Source: Acidimicrobiales bacterium (GTDB lineage Bacteria > Actinomycetota > Acidimicrobiia > Acidimicrobiales > VFJN01). From it: 64,000 nt of DNA. The stretch covers positions 2,008 through 66,007 of the forward strand of contig DASSDL010000149.1 in assembly GCA_035697145.1 (NCBI GenBank). Direction: 5' to 3'. Both the position numbers and the translations under genes were made by a program. The notes below the pieces were generated by a model. It was not told the DNA's origin. It ran no database searches and was given only the letters and a program-made list of their open reading frames with translations. This document shows, piece after piece, positions 18,229 through 30,895 of the stretch; position 1 is the first letter of the stretch; every line of letters begins with the position of its first letter.

Positions 18229-18621
18229 GTGTCTTACAAGTTCCTGTCGGATGAGTGGGTGGAAGCGGCCCGGAAGATCCGGGAAGAGGTGGATGCCCCG
18301 ACAACCGCCCCCCAACCCGTGAAGATGAACCTCGTCATCACCGAGGTTCCGTTCGGCGAGGGCACGGTCGAGGCCCACATGGACACGACGAGCGGTTCGG
18401 TCGAGCTGGAGCTGGGTCATCTCAATGCCGCCGACGTCACCGCCACGCTCGACTACGACACCGCCAAGGCGATGATGGTCGACGCCAACCCCCAGGCCGG
18501 CATGCAGGCGTTCATGGCCGGCAAGATCAAGCTTCAGGGCGACATGACCAAGGCCCTGGCCCTCCAGTCGGGCCCCCCGAACCCCGACCTGACGGCGAAG
18601 ATCCAGGCGATCACCGAGTAG
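18229..18621 (+). CDS. SCP2 sterol-binding-domain protein
   Basis: 130 aa. FLSDEWVEAARKI...AFMAGKIKLQGDMTKALALQ is a typical SCP2 C-terminal helix motif. GTG start after GGGAGGA. Confidence 0.7.
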   Translation: MSYKFLSDEWVEAARKIREEVDAPTTAPQPVKMNLVITEVPFGEGTVEAHMDTTSGSVELELGHLNAADVTATLDYDTAKAMMVDANPQAGMQAFMAGKIKLQGDMTKALALQSGPPNPDLTAKIQAITE

Positions 18622-18778
18622 CACTCGCCCGAAAACGGAGTGTGCCGAGCCGGCTGGGGCGGCAGCCTCATCGCGGCGGCTGGGGAACACCGCGTCCGGC
18701 ATACCGCCCCAACGGGCCCGGCACGCTCTGTAGTTTGGAGTTTACTCGCTGCTAGCGCCTGGCAACCAGAAGGTGGCC

Positions 18779-18802
18779 AAAAAACCTTCAAGTCTCACTT
18801 GA
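18779..18802 (-). terminator. weak intrinsic-terminator-like hairpin plus T-run about 130-150 nt downstream of the kinase gene
   Basis: Minus strand: TCAAGT-GAG-ACTTGA (plus coordinates 18788-18802), then AGG and TTTTTT (plus 18779-18784). The stem is A/T-rich and short, so the call is tentative. Confidence 0.35.
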
Positions 18803-18929
18803 TGCTCGAGCCGCGCGAGACACGGCCCCGAGACGGAAGGGGGGCTCCCGTCAGTTGGAAGCGTCCCCCAACAGGAGCCCCAGGTCAAGGTCAAGTTCTC
18901 GTGTGGTTCGCTGCCGTTTCGTGTGAGCG

Positions 18930-21056
18930 TCACCCATCCGAAACCATGACCAGGTCGATGGCCGTCCCCGGATCGACCTCGGTGTCGATGAGTGGGAAGG
19001 TTTCCTGCACCCGACCGTCGCTGGGGCCGATCACCATGCCGACGTTCAGGTCCGCGTCCTCCAGCGTCGCGCGAGCGTCCTCGAGGCTCGCGCCCTCGAC
19101 GTCGGGAACCGTGCCCTGACCGCCGGCGACGACGACGACCACGGTCGATCCCTTATCGACCTCCTCGCCCTCGTCGGGGTCGGTGCGGATGACCTCCCCC
19201 TCCTCGCGGCCGCCCCTCCGCGTCCGGAAGTCGAGCTCGACGTCGAGCCCCAGCGCGTCCAGCTCGGCCACCGCGTCCTGGTACTGCTCGCCCTCGAGGT
19301 CGGGGATCTTGGGCTCGTCCGGCCCCGACGACACGATGAGCGGCACCGACGATCCCCGGGGCGCCTGGTTCGTCACGTCCTCGCCGAGCCCGATCACGAT
19401 CCCGGCGTCGACCTCGTCGCTGGGTTGCCGTTGGACGTCGGCCGCGAGGCCCGCGGTCGCGAGCCGGGCCTCGGCGTCCTCCTGGCTTAGGCCGACGAGA
19501 TCCTGCGGGACCGGCACCAGTGGTGGGCCCAGCGAGACGTGCAACGTCAGTGTCTCGCCCTCGCGGAGCGATGTGCCGGGCTCCGGCACGGTGCGGACGA
19601 TCTCGCCCTCGTCGGTGTCGTCGTAGTGGTCCCGCCGGGTGACGATGTCCCAGCCGTCGCCGCCGATCAGGTCGGGCACCTCGTCCAGTTGGGCGCCGAC
19701 GAGCTCGTCGGGCACGGTGTGGGAAGGCACCTGCGAGCTGATGTAGACCCACGATCCCACGACCCCGATGGCCACCGCGACCGCGACCACAAGGGCACCG
19801 AGCATGAGCCGCCGGGCGCTGCGATCGCCGGCGGACAGCGTCGGGGTGCCGCCCGGCGGCGTGTGTGGCGGGCCCGCCGGCGGGGGCGGGAGGCTGGGGC
19901 GCGGCGGGAGCACGGTGGTCGAGGTGGCGTCGGCGGCGGCCAGGTCGGCACCGGTCGTCGCCGCGGACAGGTCCGACGCGCCCCCGAGCGACGTGCCGGG
20001 AAGGCTGGCCGGCGGGGTCACTGTGGCACCCACTGGGACGCCCACCACCCCGCCACCCACGGCCGTCGCCGACGCCACGAGCAGCGCGCTCGCCGCGCCG
20101 CCGTCGCCCGATCCGGCGCCATTGCCGGGTGCGTACACCTCGGGACGCACGAGCGTGTTGTCGCGCTGGTCCTCCGCGCCGGCGCCGTTGACGCTCGGCG
20201 GGGCCAACGGGAGCGGCGAGGGTCGGGCGAGCTGCTCGGCGGCGGCGATGAGCCCGGCTCCGAACGCGGCGGCGTCGGGGCGCGCCCCGGCGTCGAGGCC
20301 CCCCGCCTGGGTGAGGATGGTGGTGAGTGGACCCATCACGTCGGGCACGACCAACGGGTGATCGACGCGGGCCATCAGCGTGGCGATGGTCGTGTCGGCG
20401 CTGAACGGCACGGTCCCGGTCACGGCCTCGATGAGGACGAGCGCCAGCGAGTAGATGTCGCTGGCCCCGTTGACCGACTCGCCCCGCGCCTGCTCCGGCG
20501 AGGCGTAGCGGGCGGTGCCCAGCATGGCGCCGGTCGGTTCGGTCCAGCCGGCCTCGGCGATGGCTCGGGCCAGGCCGAAGTCGGCGACCCGCAGCCGGGC
20601 GTCGTCGCCGAACAAGAGGTTTGCCGGCTTGATGTCGCGGTGCACGAAGCCCTGCCGGTGGGCGTGATCGAGGGCACGGACCGTCTCCAGGCCCACGACC
20701 AGCGCCTGCGCGGTGGTAAGTCGGTGCCCGGCGTCGAGCATCGAGCGCAGGCTGCCACCGCCCAGGAACTCGGTGACGAGATAGGGCGAGTCCTCGTCGC
20801 CGGTCCAGTCGAACACCGCCAGGATGTGCGGGTGGCTCAGAGCGGCGGCGGCGCGGGCCTCCGCTCGAAAGCGGCGCAGGAACAACCCGTCGTCGGCGAG
20901 CGCCGGATGTAGCACCTTGACCGCCACCCGACGCCGCAGGCGAACGTCGTCTGCCAGGTAGACATGCGCCGACGCTCCGGATCCGACCGCCGAGAGAAGT
21001 CTGTAGCGCCCACCCAGCACACGACCGATCTGCTCGGTCATGCGGGTCATGGCCAC
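18930..21056 (-). CDS. Ser/Thr protein kinase with four extracellular PASTA repeats (PknB-like)
   Basis: N-terminal Hanks kinase (GSGASAHVYLADD...VAVKVL, HRDIKPANLL, DFGLA, SPEQ). An Ala/Gly/Pro-rich linker and one TM segment (LMLGALVVAVAVAIGVVGSWVYI) follow, then four roughly 65-aa PASTA-like repeats. Start could be 21056 (GTG), 21050 or 21041. Confidence 0.88.
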   Translation of the reverse strand: MAMTRMTEQIGRVLGGRYRLLSAVGSGASAHVYLADDVRLRRRVAVKVLHPALADDGLFLRRFRAEARAAAALSHPHILAVFDWTGDEDSPYLVTEFLGGGSLRSMLDAGHRLTTAQALVVGLETVRALDHAHRQGFVHRDIKPANLLFGDDARLRVADFGLARAIAEAGWTEPTGAMLGTARYASPEQARGESVNGASDIYSLALVLIEAVTGTVPFSADTTIATLMARVDHPLVVPDVMGPLTTILTQAGGLDAGARPDAAAFGAGLIAAAEQLARPSPLPLAPPSVNGAGAEDQRDNTLVRPEVYAPGNGAGSGDGGAASALLVASATAVGGGVVGVPVGATVTPPASLPGTSLGGASDLSAATTGADLAAADATSTTVLPPRPSLPPPPAGPPHTPPGGTPTLSAGDRSARRLMLGALVVAVAVAIGVVGSWVYISSQVPSHTVPDELVGAQLDEVPDLIGGDGWDIVTRRDHYDDTDEGEIVRTVPEPGTSLREGETLTLHVSLGPPLVPVPQDLVGLSQEDAEARLATAGLAADVQRQPSDEVDAGIVIGLGEDVTNQAPRGSSVPLIVSSGPDEPKIPDLEGEQYQDAVAELDALGLDVELDFRTRRGGREEGEVIRTDPDEGEEVDKGSTVVVVVAGGQGTVPDVEGASLEDARATLEDADLNVGMVIGPSDGRVQETFPLIDTEVDPGTAIDLVMVSDG

Positions 21057-21119
21057 ACCGAGAGGGTACTGCGGGGTGGTCTCGGCTGTTAGCGCTGGCT
21101 ACCGCCGGGCACACCCGCC

Positions 21120-21590
21120 GTGCGACGATTGGCCACCGCAATGGCCAGCACCTCCACCTCGCCCTACAGCACGCGTTTCAAAGTCGTGGCCGTCGTCGTG
21201 CTGGCGCTGGCGATCGGTGCGTTCGTGGCCGCCTACCTCGCCACCAGCGACGAAGGCGACGACCAGCTGGGGACGTCGGGCAATGCGATCGGCAACGAGA
21301 TCGTCGAGCAGCGCATCCCGGCGCCCGACAGCCAGGTGCCGCAGCAGTCGACCGTGGGCATCGACCTGCTGTCCGGGTGGGAGGGCACACTCCAGCTCAA
21401 CAACGTCGAGATCCCGATGGACCAGCTGACGCTGACCCCCGAGCTGGCACGAATCGAGTTCACCCCCGGCGAAGGCAAGGTGGTCGAGGAGCTGCAAGCG
21501 GGGCTCAACTGCGTCAACGCCATCGTGTGGCCGATCGCCGAGGGACGGGACGCCGCCCGCCAGATCCCCTGGTGCTTCCAGGTCGTGTGA
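21120..21590 (+). CDS. hypothetical membrane-anchored protein
   Basis: One N-terminal TM segment (FKVVAVVVLALAIGAFVAAYLA) followed by a roughly 110-aa extracytoplasmic domain with two Cys. I recognise no family. Confidence 0.5.
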   Translation: MRRLATAMASTSTSPYSTRFKVVAVVVLALAIGAFVAAYLATSDEGDDQLGTSGNAIGNEIVEQRIPAPDSQVPQQSTVGIDLLSGWEGTLQLNNVEIPMDQLTLTPELARIEFTPGEGKVVEELQAGLNCVNAIVWPIAEGRDAARQIPWCFQVV

Positions 21591-21615
21591 CCGACGCGTT
21601 TTGGCGGTCGGGCGG

Positions 21616-24821
<3,206 letters not shown>

Positions 24822-24944
24822 GCCATTCCTCGCTGATCATTCCTCCGGCGCGGTGGCACGCTCTCGGTCACCTCATCCCCCACTCGGCTACACCCGCCGC
24901 CTGGAATAGCCAGCCGACGCCACCATCGGCAAATCTCCCGGCCC

Positions 24945-25811
24945 GTGGGATCCCTCGGCGCCTGGCCGGCGCGTGTCACCTGGCTCGTCCTTCCCGTGGT
25001 TCTTGGCCCGGCCGTCGGCGATGCCCTGGACGACGCCAGCCGGCCCGTCCAGTTGGTGGCCAGCATCGGCCTGTGGGTCGGCTGGGCCGTGGTGTTGGTG
25101 GCGACGCTGGTGCCGACGACCGTGAGCCTGACCGCGCTCCGCGTGGCGGCACCGGCAGCGGTCGCGGCCGCCCTCGCCGCCACCGTGGCGGACGGGCCGT
25201 CGGCGGCCGCGGTGGTGGGGCTGGTCGGCGCGCTCGTCGCCGCCATCGCGGCGTTCTGGCCGGGCACTGGTGAGACGTTCGTGGCGGGCTCGTCCTACGG
25301 TGACGAGCGGCGGATGCCGCTGCGGGTTCCCGGCCCCCTGCTCGCCGGACCGCTGGCGCTGATGTGGGCCGTGGCGGCCGCCGGAATGGCGACCGGTCCG
25401 CTGCTGCTGGCCGCCCGGCAGTGGGTCGCGGGCGCAGTGGCTCTGGCGGTCGGACTCCCGGCCGCGGTGGTCGTCGTCCGGTCGCTGCACACGCTGGCGC
25501 GGCGATGGTTGGTGTTCGTCCCCAACGGTGTGGTGGTGCACGACCCCCTGGCGCTGGTGGAGCCGGTCCTGCTGCGGCGGGCCCACGTGCGATCGTTCGG
25601 CCCGGCGCCCGCCGACACCGCGGCGCTGGACCTGACCGGGGGGGCGCTCGGCCTGGCGTTGGAGGTCAGACTGGTGCCGCCCGTGTCGCTGGTGCTGGTG
25701 GCCGGAGGACGCCCGGGCGTGAACGAGGCCAGGACCGCCGGAGCGCTGCTGGTCTCGCCCACCCGCCCCGGTGCCGTGCTGGCCGAGGCCCGCCGCCGGC
25801 GCCTGGCGTGA
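24945..25811 (+). CDS. hypothetical polytopic membrane protein
   Basis: Four or five hydrophobic segments in the N-terminal 170 aa, then a soluble C-terminal domain. I recognise no family. Confidence 0.5.
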   Translation: MGSLGAWPARVTWLVLPVVLGPAVGDALDDASRPVQLVASIGLWVGWAVVLVATLVPTTVSLTALRVAAPAAVAAALAATVADGPSAAAVVGLVGALVAAIAAFWPGTGETFVAGSSYGDERRMPLRVPGPLLAGPLALMWAVAAAGMATGPLLLAARQWVAGAVALAVGLPAAVVVVRSLHTLARRWLVFVPNGVVVHDPLALVEPVLLRRAHVRSFGPAPADTAALDLTGGALGLALEVRLVPPVSLVLVAGGRPGVNEARTAGALLVSPTRPGAVLAEARRRRLA

Positions 25812-25917
25812 CGACCGTCCGGCGCTGTGGCGGCGAGGACCTAGCGCGCGCCCCTGGACCGGACGCCCGCGAGTAGCTCGCGACCTTCGGGCGCGTCGGT
25901 CACCGGCTCGACGCCGG

Positions 25918-27615
25918 TCACCGCGGCTCCGGATCGGGGGTGGGCGGCGGGACCGACGGTGCACCGGTAACCCGGCCGGTCGACTCCCAATCGGATGTAG
26001 CGGCAGGGACGGTGGCGACAGCGGGCCGATGGCCGTCACCGGCCGAGCTACCGGCCGAGTCACCGGCCATGGCCACGTCCTCGTGGTCGCGGGCGCGGGC
26101 GGGGAGGAACAGCGCCACGATGACCGCCCCGAGGGCCAGGGCGGCTGCCCCGATGATGAAGGCCGTGCTCATGCCGTCGGCGAAGCCCCGTGAGGCCGCG
26201 TCCGCCAGCGCGCGTCCAGGCGGGCCGCCGATCTCGCTCGCGGCCCGCAGCGCGGCGCCGATCTGGTCGTGGATGGCGGTGGCCTGCTCCGGCGACAACG
26301 GGAACCCGCTGATGGCGTCGGTCACGCGAGGTCCGTAGGTGGAGCTCATGACCGAGCCCAGCACGGCGACGCCCAGGGCACCGCCCACCTGGCGGGTGGT
26401 GTCGTTGACCGCGGACCCCACTCCCGCCTTGGCCAGCGGCAGCGATCCCATGATCGACTCGGTGGCGGGGGGCATCACCAACGCCAGGCCGGCGGCCAGC
26501 ACCACCAACGCCAACAGCACCTCGGGATAGCTGGCCCCGGCCGTCAGCCGGCTGGCGATGATGAGCCCGACGGCCCCAACGGACAGCCCGGTCGCCACCA
26601 CGATCTTCGAGCCGATCCGCTCGACCACCTTGGCGCTGAGCGGGGAGATGAGGATCATCACGCCGGCCATCGGCAGCAACCGGATGCCCGCCTCGAGCGG
26701 CGTGTAGCCCAGGATCGACTGCAGGAACTGCGTCAGCAGGAACAGCGAGCCGAACATGGCGAAGAACGTGAGCATGATCGCGCCGGACGCGGCGCTGAAC
26801 CTGGCGTTGCGGAAGAAGCTCACGTCGAGCATCGGGTAGCGGGTCCGCCGCTCCCACAGGACGAAGGTCCCGAGGAGCACCCCCGCCAGCGCGAAGCCGC
26901 CGAGGATCTCGGGATCGGTCCAGCCCCCCGGTCCCTCGATGATCGCCCACACCAGCACCACCAGCCCGGCGATCGACAGCAGGGCGCCGGGCACGTCGAT
27001 GGGCGGCGCCGCCGGGTCCCGCGACGTGGGCACGAACAGTTGGCCGAGCACCAGCGCCACCACCACGACCGGCACGTTCACGAGGAAGACCGACCCCCAC
27101 CAGAAGTGCTCGAGCAGCCAACCCCCGGTGACCGGGCCGATGGCCACGGCGGCGCCGGCCGTCGCCGCCCAGATGGCGATTGCCTGGGCTCGTTCCCTCC
27201 GTTCGGTGAACACGTTGGTGATGATCGACAACGTGGCGGGCATGATCATCGCGCCGCCGACACCCATGAGCGCGCGGGTCGCGATGAGCTGGTTGGCGCT
27301 GTTGGCGAACGACGACAGGATCGATGCCGTGCCCATGACCAACAGCCCGATGGCGAGGGCCCCCCGCCGGCCGAACCGGTCACCGAGCGAGCCCATGGTC
27401 AGGAGCAGGCCCGCGAAGACGAGGATGTAGGCGTCGACGATCCACTGCAGCTGGGTGGTGCTGGCGTCGAGGTCGCGCTGCAGCGTCGGGAGGGCGACAT
27501 TGACGATCGTGTTGTCCATCACGATCAGCAGCAGGCTCAGGCACATCACTCCGAGGACGAGCCGGCGGCGGGTGGCGGCCTGGCGCTCGTCGGCGGGGCC
27601 GGTTCGAGTGAGCAT
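25918..27615 (-). CDS. MFS transporter, DHA2 (14-TMS, EmrB/QacA-like) family
   Basis: LVLGVMCLSLLLIVMDNTIVNVALPTLQRDL... and GDRFGRRGAL motifs, about 14 hydrophobic segments, and a hydrophilic C-terminal tail. Confidence 0.85.
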   Translation of the reverse strand: MLTRTGPADERQAATRRRLVLGVMCLSLLLIVMDNTIVNVALPTLQRDLDASTTQLQWIVDAYILVFAGLLLTMGSLGDRFGRRGALAIGLLVMGTASILSSFANSANQLIATRALMGVGGAMIMPATLSIITNVFTERRERAQAIAIWAATAGAAVAIGPVTGGWLLEHFWWGSVFLVNVPVVVVALVLGQLFVPTSRDPAAPPIDVPGALLSIAGLVVLVWAIIEGPGGWTDPEILGGFALAGVLLGTFVLWERRTRYPMLDVSFFRNARFSAASGAIMLTFFAMFGSLFLLTQFLQSILGYTPLEAGIRLLPMAGVMILISPLSAKVVERIGSKIVVATGLSVGAVGLIIASRLTAGASYPEVLLALVVLAAGLALVMPPATESIMGSLPLAKAGVGSAVNDTTRQVGGALGVAVLGSVMSSTYGPRVTDAISGFPLSPEQATAIHDQIGAALRAASEIGGPPGRALADAASRGFADGMSTAFIIGAAALALGAVIVALFLPARARDHEDVAMAGDSAGSSAGDGHRPAVATVPAATSDWESTGRVTGAPSVPPPTPDPEPR

Positions 27616-27739
27616 GGCGCCTCCGGGGGATGTCGAGACTGGCGGGTCCGCCGAAACCCCAGACTGCGCCTCCCGATTGCGAGACGCAACGGTTTCGGAA
27701 CGACCCAGGTCCCGTGAACTTGGTCACGGGCCCTGGCGA

Positions 27740-28795
27740 TCAGTCGGCGGCGATGCCGCCGCCGATCACCTCGTCCCCTTCGTACAGCACCACGGACTGG
27801 CCGCCGGCCACCCGGCGCACGCGGCCGTCGAACCGCACCACGGCGCGGTCGTTGCCGACTGGCTCGACGCGGGCGGGCCGGGGCGGACCGTGGGCGCTGC
27901 ACTGGGCGGCGATCGTCGGGCTCGGGCCGCCACCGGGGGGATCGCCGGACCACACCACCCGCTCCAGCGCCACGTGCTCGCACAGCAGGTCACGCTCGGG
28001 CCCGACGCGCACTGTGGCTGCGGGAACGTCGACGTCGACGACGTAGCGGGGCGCTCCCCCGCCGGGCAGGCCGAGCCCCCGGCGCTGGCCCACGGTGACG
28101 AGCTCGACGGCGTCGACCGCGCCGACGTCGCGCCCGGCCTCGTCCACGACGCGGCCGGGTCGCAGGTCCATGCGCCCGCCCAGGAACCCCCGCCGGCCGC
28201 GGCCGGAGGTGATGAAGCACACGTCCTGGCTGTCGGGCTTGCGAGCCGTCCGCAGCCCCAGCGCCTCCGCCTCGAAGCGGACCTCGGCCTTGGTCATCTC
28301 CCCCACCGGCAGCAGCGTGCGGGACAGCTCCGCCTGGCCGAGCACGTAGAGGACATAGCTCTGGTCCTTGGCGGCGTCGGCGCCGCGTGCCAGGCGCCGC
28401 GTCCCGTCCGGGCGGGTGACGATCCGGGCGTGGTGGCCGGTGGCGACCGTGTCGAACCCGACGGCGCGGGCGCGGCGCAGCAACCGGTCGAACTTGAGGT
28501 GCCGGTTGCATTCGATGCACGGATTGGGCGTGACGCCCCGCCGGTGGGCGTCGACATAGGGGTCGACGACGTGGCGGTCGAAGTCGCCGGAGAAGGTCCA
28601 CGTGTGGTGGGCGATCCCGAGCTGTTGAGCCACACGGCGGGCGTCGTCGACGTCCCTCACCGAGCAGCAGCCCGTGTCGGACTCGCCGCCCCACAACTTC
28701 ATGGTCACGCCCACGACGTCGTGGCCGGCGGCGATGAGGCGGGCGGCGGCCACCGAGGAGTCGACTCCCCCCGACATGGCGACGAGGACCTTCAT
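27740..28795 (-). CDS. mnmA: tRNA-specific 2-thiouridylase
   Basis: MKVLVAMSGGVDSSVAAARL (PP-loop) and NPCIECNRHLKFDRLL. ATG 28793-28795 overlaps the stop of the upstream desulfurase (ATGA). The 296 upstream codons of the listed 647-aa ORF are Arg-rich junk. Confidence 0.92.
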   Translation of the reverse strand: MKVLVAMSGGVDSSVAAARLIAAGHDVVGVTMKLWGGESDTGCCSVRDVDDARRVAQQLGIAHHTWTFSGDFDRHVVDPYVDAHRRGVTPNPCIECNRHLKFDRLLRRARAVGFDTVATGHHARIVTRPDGTRRLARGADAAKDQSYVLYVLGQAELSRTLLPVGEMTKAEVRFEAEALGLRTARKPDSQDVCFITSGRGRRGFLGGRMDLRPGRVVDEAGRDVGAVDAVELVTVGQRRGLGLPGGGAPRYVVDVDVPAATVRVGPERDLLCEHVALERVVWSGDPPGGGPSPTIAAQCSAHGPPRPARVEPVGNDRAVVRFDGRVRRVAGGQSVVLYEGDEVIGGGIAAD

Positions 28796-29979
28796 CGCTG
28801 CCCCAGGGACTCCGCGTGGCGATCCCGCGCTCCCCGAAGGTGGGCCACCGCAACGGGGATCACCCGCAGGGCGTGGTCGACGTCCGCGTCGGTCGACGTC
28901 CACCCCAACGACAGGCGCAGGGCACCGGCGCCCAGCTCGGGCCCGATGCCCATGGCCGCCAGCACGTGCGACGCCTGGTGAGCACCGCTGGCGCACGCCG
29001 AGGCGGCGGACGCGCACACGCCGGCTTCGTCGAGGAGGAACAGCAGGGCCTCGCTCTCGATGCCCGGGATGCACAGGTGGAGCGTGCCTGGGAGCCGACA
29101 AGCGCCCCCTACGACCCCGGTCTCGACCGCGCCGGGGATGGCGGAGAGAAGGCCGGCGGCCAGGCGATCGCGCAGGGCGCCCACCCACGCCGCGGCGGCG
29201 TTCCGTTCGGCCGCAGCCGCCCGCAGCGCTGCCGCCATGCCGACGATCCCGGCGACGTTGTGGGTGCCGCTGCGCAGCTCTCGCTCCTGTCCGCCGCCCA
29301 GAAGCAGCGGCCGGAGCGGTACGCCGGGCCGAGCCACCAGCGCCCCGACGCCCTGCGGTCCGCCCACCTTGTGCGAGCTGACGGCGATGAGATCGGCACC
29401 GGCCACCACGGTGGGCAGATCGAGCCAACTGGCCGCCTGGACGGCATCGGTGTGCACGACGGCCCGGGGGGCGCGCCGGCGCACGAGCTCGGCGGCTTCC
29501 GCCACCGGTTGGACCACACCGATCTCGTTGTTGGCCGTCATCAGCGCCAGCAGCGTCACGTCGGGCCTGAGCGCGGCACCGAGCGCATCGAGATCCAGCA
29601 CACCCCGGGCATCGACCGCCACCGTCGCCCCGCCGATCGAGCGAACGGGGTTGCGCACGGCGTCGTGCTCTACCGCGCTGCACAGCACCGGCCCAGGCCG
29701 GGCGGCGTGGACGCCGCGCACGGCCATGTTGTCGGCCTCGGTCCCACCGCTCGTGAACACGACGTCGCCGGGGCGGCAGCCGATCACGTCGGCGACGACG
29801 TCGCGGGCCTCGTCCACCGCCTGGCGGGCGGCCCGGGCCACCCGGTGATCGCCCGAGGGGTTGCCGAACCGCTCTCCCAGCCAGGGCAGCATGGCGTCGC
29901 GCGCGGCAGGACGCAGGGGCGTGGTGGCGGCGTGGTCGAGGTAGGCGAGGCGATCGGGCCGGTCGGGCTGCACGGGCAC
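28792..29979 (-). CDS. cysteine desulfurase (IscS/NifS-like, class V aminotransferase)
   Basis: LAYLDHAATTPLRP, FTSGGTEADN, SSHKVGGPQGVGAL (PLP lysine) and GTLHLCIPG. The start is uncertain (GTG 29979 or 29973). The longest start (30054) would leave 2 nt to the divergent gene. Confidence 0.88.
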   Translation of the reverse strand: MPVQPDRPDRLAYLDHAATTPLRPAARDAMLPWLGERFGNPSGDHRVARAARQAVDEARDVVADVIGCRPGDVVFTSGGTEADNMAVRGVHAARPGPVLCSAVEHDAVRNPVRSIGGATVAVDARGVLDLDALGAALRPDVTLLALMTANNEIGVVQPVAEAAELVRRRAPRAVVHTDAVQAASWLDLPTVVAGADLIAVSSHKVGGPQGVGALVARPGVPLRPLLLGGGQERELRSGTHNVAGIVGMAAALRAAAAERNAAAAWVGALRDRLAAGLLSAIPGAVETGVVGGACRLPGTLHLCIPGIESEALLFLLDEAGVCASAASACASGAHQASHVLAAMGIGPELGAGALRLSLGWTSTDADVDHALRVIPVAVAHLRGARDRHAESLGQR

Positions 29980-30056
29980 CGGAACAGTCTCGCAGCCTGT
30001 TGCTCGTACCCCCACCGCAGTGGGCGGTGGGCCATCATTCCCCCGGGAAGACACCC

Positions 30057-30824
30057 ATGGACGGCTACGGACCCAGCACGTACGGCGACCGCTTCGCCGA
30101 CGTGTACGACGACTGGTACGGCGACGCGTCCGATGCCGCTGCCACGGTCGAGCGGGTGGCGGCGCTCGCCGCCGCTGCCGGCAGCAGCCACGTGCTGGAA
30201 CTGGGTGGGGGCAGCGGGCGCCTGGCGGTGCCGCTGGCGGCTCGTGGGATCGCCACGTGGACGGTGGACGCCTCGTTCGCCATGGTGCGGCGGCTGCGGG
30301 ACAAGCCGGGCGGCGACCGCGTCCACGCCGTGGTCGGGGACATGGCCGCGCTGCCCCTGTCGGCCCGAGCCCGGTTCGGCGTCGTGCTGTGCGCGTTCAA
30401 CACCCTGTTCAACCTCACGACGATCGAGGCCCAGCGGCGCTGCCTGGCCGACGCCGCCGACCGGATCGTCCCCGATGGCGGGCGTCTGGTGGTCGAGTCG
30501 TTCGTCGCGTCGGCCCAAGACGACAGCGACGCCGCGGTGGGCGCCGTCGAGCCCAGGCACATCGGGTTGGACGAGGTGGTGCTGACCGTGAGCCGGCTCG
30601 ATCCCGCCAGCCACACCATCACCGGCCAGCACGTGCAGATCACGGAGGCCGGTATCCGCCTGCGCCCGTGGATGTTGCGTTACCTGTCGCCAGAGGAGTT
30701 GGACGCGGTGGCAGCCGAGGCGGGACTACGGCTCGTCGAGCGCCACGCCGGGTGGCGCGCCGAACCGTTCACGGGCGACTCGCCCATCCACGTGTCCACG
30801 TACGCGCTGATGCCTCGCGGTTAG
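30057..30824 (+). CDS. class I SAM-dependent methyltransferase
   Basis: HVLELGGGSGRLAVPLAARG (motif I) and VGDMAALPL...FGVVLCAFNTLFNL. Start at ATG 30057 (MDGYGP). Confidence 0.75.
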   Translation: MDGYGPSTYGDRFADVYDDWYGDASDAAATVERVAALAAAAGSSHVLELGGGSGRLAVPLAARGIATWTVDASFAMVRRLRDKPGGDRVHAVVGDMAALPLSARARFGVVLCAFNTLFNLTTIEAQRRCLADAADRIVPDGGRLVVESFVASAQDDSDAAVGAVEPRHIGLDEVVLTVSRLDPASHTITGQHVQITEAGIRLRPWMLRYLSPEELDAVAAEAGLRLVERHAGWRAEPFTGDSPIHVSTYALMPRG

Positions 30825-30895
30825 CGGTACGTTGACGCGGTGCACCACGCCGAGCGCACCACGACAGCCTGCATATCCCCCTCACGCCGTTGAGA

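Noticed and set aside
18800-18900. Possible SRP RNA or 6C-type small RNA (C-rich loop, CAGGTCAAGGTCAAG).
   Set aside because: It lacks the conserved SRP domain IV motif (GGAA...AGCA symmetric loop context). It also lacks the two C-rich-loop hairpins of 6C RNA in a recognisable arrangement. The resemblance is superficial.
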